Assembly: GCA_900550625.1 (NCBI GenBank)
Contig: URSW01000001.1
Coordinates: forward strand, 1-36,933
Length of the DNA stretch: 36,933 nt
DNA from: an uncultured Eubacteriales bacterium
GTDB lineage: Bacteria > Bacillota > Clostridia > Oscillospirales > CAG-272
Reading direction: 5' to 3'
In this document: positions 33,819 to 36,933 of the stretch, piece by piece
Layout of the letters: every line of letters starts with the position of its first letter
Position numbering within the stretch: the stretch's first letter is position 1
Position numbers and translations under genes: made by a program
The notes under the pieces: generated by a model
Seen by the model: the letters and a program-made list of their open reading frames with translations, nothing else
Told to the model about the DNA's origin: nothing
Database searches by the model: none

Positions 33819-36587
33819 TTATTGCTCTACCCCTCCGTCTGCCGTGTTGGCTCCACAGCAGTTTTTATATTTCTTTCCGCTTCCGCAGGGACAGGGGTCG
33901 TTTCTGCCGACCTTCTTTTCGGAACGAAGCGGCATCGGCTTCGCGGGTATCGGCTTTGCACCGGGCTGTCCCATAAATCCGGATCTTACGGGGCGCGCGA
34001 CTTCAACTCGCTTTACCTGTGTGGACTTCGGTACCACGGAAAGAATCATTCTTACTGTATCGTCGCGAATCATTGTTATCATCTCATCAAAGAGATCGGC
34101 GCCCTGTATACGGTATTCCGCAATGGGCTTACGCTGAGCATATGCCTGGAGCCCGACACTTTCCATGAGACTGTCCATGGCTTCGAGATGATCCATCCAC
34201 TTTATATCGACGTTTCGGAGAAGGATCGCACGCTCCACCTCACGCATCTGCTCTTCACCGAAAACATTTTGCTCTTTGTCACGGTAAAGCTTCATTGCAC
34301 GGTCAAGAAGCGTTTCTTCGATTTCTTTTCTCTGTGCGTCGGCACTTTCATCGTTAAGCTCAAAATCCTCTTCAGTGCAGATTAGCCCGAGATACTTCTG
34401 CTTGAGACTTTCGATATCCCACATGCTCTTGTCGTCACCGGCAAGAAACGCATTTACGGAATCGCTTACCGTGGATGAAATCATGTGCTCTATCTTGTCT
34501 TTGAGGTCTTTTCCGTCAAGTACTTCCTTGCGCTGATTGTAGATAATCGTGCGCTGCTGATTCATTACATCGTCATACTCAAGGACGTTTTTACGCCTGT
34601 TGAAGTTTTCGCCTTCAAGGTGCTTTTGCGCATTTTCGATTGAGTTTGAAAGTATTTTGGCGTCAATCGGCTCGTCTTCCTTGAGTCCGAGACGGTCGAC
34701 AAGTCCGATGATCCGCTCGCTTCCGAAAAGACGCATAAGATCGTCTTCGAGAGAAAGGAAGAAACGCGATTCACCGGGGTCTCCCTGACGTCCGCTTCGA
34801 CCTCTGAGCTGATTGTCGATGCGGCGGCTTTCGTGCCTCTCTGTGCCTATTACGAAAAGTCCTCCGGCTTTGCATACCTGCTCGGCTTCGGGCTTGATTG
34901 AATCCTGGAACTTCTTGAACAGCTCACGATACACTTCCCTTGCAGCAAGAACATCCTCGGGCACATCCTGAAGCGATCCGACTGCTTTGCCTATGATTTC
35001 CTCGTCATAGCCCTGCTTGCGCATCTCAGCTTTGGCAAGGTGCTCTGCGTTTCCGCCGAGGAGAATATCGGTTCCTCGTCCAGCCATATTCGTCGATATG
35101 GTAACGGCGCCGAGTTTTCCTGCCTGAGCGACTATTTCGGCTTCAAGCTCATGATGCTTTGCATTAAGAACGGTGTGCTTTATTCCGCACGCTTTAAGCT
35201 TTCCGGAAAGAGCTTCGGACTTCTCTATTGATACCGTACCGACAAGAACGGGCTGTCCTTTTTCGTGGCATTTCTTTATCTGTTCGATTATCGCTTTGTC
35301 TTTTCCGTTTTTCGTCTTGTAAACCACATCGGGATGATCCACGCGAATCATCGGTTTGTTCGTGGGAACCTCTACAACATCGAGATTGTATATCTCACGG
35401 AATTCGGTTTCTTCCGTAAGTGCAGTGCCCGTCATTCCGGAAAGCTTGGTATACATTCTGAAATAGTTCTGGAACGTGATAGTCGCTATTGTACGGTTTT
35501 CCTTTTGGATCTGAACATTTTCCTTTGCCTCGATGGCCTGATGCAGACCGTCGGAATAACGTCTTCCGGGCATTATTCGTCCCGTAAACGAATCGACGAT
35601 CAGCACTTCATCGTTCTTTACCACATAGTCTATGTCGCGCTTCATAATACCGTGTGCGCGGATCGCCTGATATATATGGTGCGATATGTCGGCGTTGGCG
35701 GGATCTGACAGGTTGTCGATTCCGAAAAAACGCTCCGCTTTTTCCACACCGGCTGCGGTCAGAGTGGTACTCCGCGCTTTTTCATCAACGATATAATCCG
35801 CATCGATATCATCATTAAGTTCCTTGGAGTCGAGCTCCTTTATGACAAACACTTTCATTGTACGACAAAGCTTTTCCGCCTGATCGTACAATTCATCCGT
35901 TTTTTCGCCTTGACCGGAAATTATGAGAGGGGTTCTTGCTTCATCTATGAGAATAGAGTCAACCTCATCGACTATTGCGAAGTTGTGCCCGCGCTGTACA
36001 AGATTCTCACGGTATGTTACCATGTTATCACGTAGGTAGTCGAATCCGAATTCGTTATTTGTTCCGTAGGTTATATCGCAGTTGTAAGCAGCCTGCTTCT
36101 GCGCGCGAGACTGATCGTGTACGACAAGACCGGTAGAGAGTCCGAGGTATTCATGGACACGTCCCATTTCTTCGCAGCCGATTCTTGCAAGATAATCATT
36201 TACGGTGACAATGTGCACACCCTTTCCGGTAAGCGCATTGAGATAAGAAGGGAGAACTGCAACGAGGGTCTTTCCTTCACCCGTTTTCATCTCCGCAATC
36301 CGTCCCTGATGCAGAAGAAGTCCGCATATGAGCTGTACTTTGAACGGACGTTTGCCGAGAACTCTGTCCGCTGCCTCGCGTACAAGGGCAAATGCATCCG
36401 GCAGAATAGCGTCCAATTCTTTGCCGTCGGCGATCTCTTTTTTGAATTTGAGAGTCCTTTCTGCCATCTCAGCATCCGAAAGCTTAGCATACGTTGACGC
36501 GAGCTGTTCGGTCATGTTAATCTGCTGTATCTGCTTTTTGATCTGACGTTCACTGTATGTGCCGAAAATTTTGCTGTAAAGTCCCAT
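33819..36587 (-). CDS. secA: Preprotein translocase ATPase SecA
   Basis: 922 aa. Walker [14 protein letters not shown]-like [18 protein letters not shown], and the C-terminal zinc-binding [14 protein letters not shown]. Confidence 0.96.
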   Translation of the reverse strand: MGLYSKIFGTYSERQIKKQIQQINMTEQLASTYAKLSDAEMAERTLKFKKEIADGKELDAILPDAFALVREAADRVLGKRPFKVQLICGLLLHQGRIAEMKTGEGKTLVAVLPSYLNALTGKGVHIVTVNDYLARIGCEEMGRVHEYLGLSTGLVVHDQSRAQKQAAYNCDITYGTNNEFGFDYLRDNMVTYRENLVQRGHNFAIVDEVDSILIDEARTPLIISGQGEKTDELYDQAEKLCRTMKVFVIKELDSKELNDDIDADYIVDEKARSTTLTAAGVEKAERFFGIDNLSDPANADISHHIYQAIRAHGIMKRDIDYVVKNDEVLIVDSFTGRIMPGRRYSDGLHQAIEAKENVQIQKENRTIATITFQNYFRMYTKLSGMTGTALTEETEFREIYNLDVVEVPTNKPMIRVDHPDVVYKTKNGKDKAIIEQIKKCHEKGQPVLVGTVSIEKSEALSGKLKACGIKHTVLNAKHHELEAEIVAQAGKLGAVTISTNMAGRGTDILLGGNAEHLAKAEMRKQGYDEEIIGKAVGSLQDVPEDVLAAREVYRELFKKFQDSIKPEAEQVCKAGGLFVIGTERHESRRIDNQLRGRSGRQGDPGESRFFLSLEDDLMRLFGSERIIGLVDRLGLKEDEPIDAKILSNSIENAQKHLEGENFNRRKNVLEYDDVMNQQRTIIYNQRKEVLDGKDLKDKIEHMISSTVSDSVNAFLAGDDKSMWDIESLKQKYLGLICTEEDFELNDESADAQRKEIEETLLDRAMKLYRDKEQNVFGEEQMREVERAILLRNVDIKWMDHLEAMDSLMESVGLQAYAQRKPIAEYRIQGADLFDEMITMIRDDTVRMILSVVPKSTQVKRVEVARPVRSGFMGQPGAKPIPAKPMPLRSEKKVGRNDPCPCGSGKKYKNCCGANTADGGVEQ

Positions 36588-36684
36588 TATAAAATCCTTT
36601 CAGAAGGCTGTAACTTATAAATTTATCCGCATACAAAGATGTGTACGCTTCGTTCTGATCTGTCGCGAAGCTGCCAATCTGCAA

Positions 36685-36715
36685 CCGCGCGTGGCGCGCG
36701 GCGGCAAAGCCGCCG
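36685..36715 (-). other. GC-rich pair of overlapping 7-bp hairpins in the predicted secA 5' leader
   Basis: CCGCGCG-TGG-CGCGCGG (36685-36701) and CGGCGGC-AAA-GCCGCCG (36699-36715) share 3 nt. This is a roughly 90% GC island inside AT-rich intergenic DNA, with no adjacent U-tract on either strand. Confidence 0.5.
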
Positions 36716-36742
36716 AGGCTTACGAAATAAGGCGTTGCAAGT

Positions 36743-36771
36743 ATTATACCATTTATTCCGAATAAATGGAA
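36743..36771 (-). promoter_or_regulatory. Candidate secA promoter (extended -10) whose spacer is a perfect 21-bp palindrome
   Basis: On the minus strand: TTCCAT (36771-36766), a 17-nt spacer, then TGgTATAAT with the -10 at 36748-36743. The palindrome CCATTTATTC-c-GAATAAATGG occupies 36749-36769. Confidence 0.45.
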
Positions 36772-36933
36772 GAGTTTTTTGTTAATATTTTTGCACTTCC
36801 GAGATTTTTCAGCGATAAGAAGTAAATTATTATCAAAAAGCGTAGATATAATTGCTTTTCGGTGGTGTATGGTATATAATATCATAGCATATAATTTTTA
36901 TTCAGAACGGAAAAACATAAAATGAGTCTGAAC

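Noticed and set aside
36550-36933. The 111-aa minus-strand ORF 36550..36885, a possible gene end at 36898 (..VQTHFMFFRSE*), and a possible + strand start ATG 36922 behind a TTGCTT-17-TATAAT-like site (36852-36880).
   Set aside because: The 111-aa ORF overlaps the secA start and spans the promoter and hairpin region, with an unconvincing sequence. The two edge fragments are only 4-12 codons long, too short to support a call. The brief resemblance to an HPF C-terminus does not continue in any frame.
1-36933. CRISPR arrays, IS elements or transposases, prophage genes, toxin-antitoxin pairs, restriction-modification or other defence systems, and a prfB gene downstream of secA.
   Set aside because: No repeat-spacer periodicity, no terminal inverted repeats flanking a transposase-like ORF, and no such protein motifs were seen in any of the six frames. 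The only tandem repeat is the 19-nt duplication inside the TetR pseudogene.

Overview
This window looks like an ordinary chromosomal (core) segment of a mid-GC, endospore-lineage Firmicute, probably Clostridia-like. Supporting signs are spoIIID, a GTP-type PEP carboxykinase, a type III pantothenate kinase, an ECF S-component, many TTGACA-17-TGnTATAAT promoters and hairpin+T-run terminators. I can support about 33 protein genes. They include the 5' part of a CNNM/TlyC gene, a ROK-like regulator, and a BlaI-family repressor with a nuclease-like partner. There is also a SIMPL gene, asnS, obg, two aminotransferases, a MATE pump, a C_GCAxxG_C_C protein and a Gfo/Idh/MocA oxidoreductase. Further genes are an M14 peptidase, a lipoprotein trigger-factor paralogue and the ylxM-ffh-rpsP-khpA cluster. 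The rest are a Na/Pi-PhoU transporter, pckG, lexA, galE, galM, spoIIID, coaX, secA and several unassigned membrane proteins. The window also holds one stand-alone tRNA-Arg(ACG) and two or three decayed genes: a multiply lesioned TetR remnant, a frameshifted nahK-like kinase, and a SIMPL gene whose ATG is one base out of frame. I see no CRISPR array, IS/transposase, integrase, phage module or recognisable defence gene, and no clear-cut novel system. The most interesting candidates are: (i) a BlaI/MecI-type repressor translationally coupled to a soluble PD-(D/E)xK-like protein instead of a BlaR1-type sensor. (ii) Two apparently paralogous polytopic membrane proteins co-transcribed with secA where prfB is usually found, plus an unusual palindrome and GC twin hairpin in the secA promoter/leader. 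(iii) A Gfo/Idh/MocA dehydrogenase plus atypical class-III aminotransferase operon. (iv) A perfect 18-bp hairpin that buries the spoIIID Shine-Dalgarno sequence. (v) A lipid-anchored trigger-factor-like chaperone. All functional calls come from my own reading of the translated ORFs and motifs; no database search was run.
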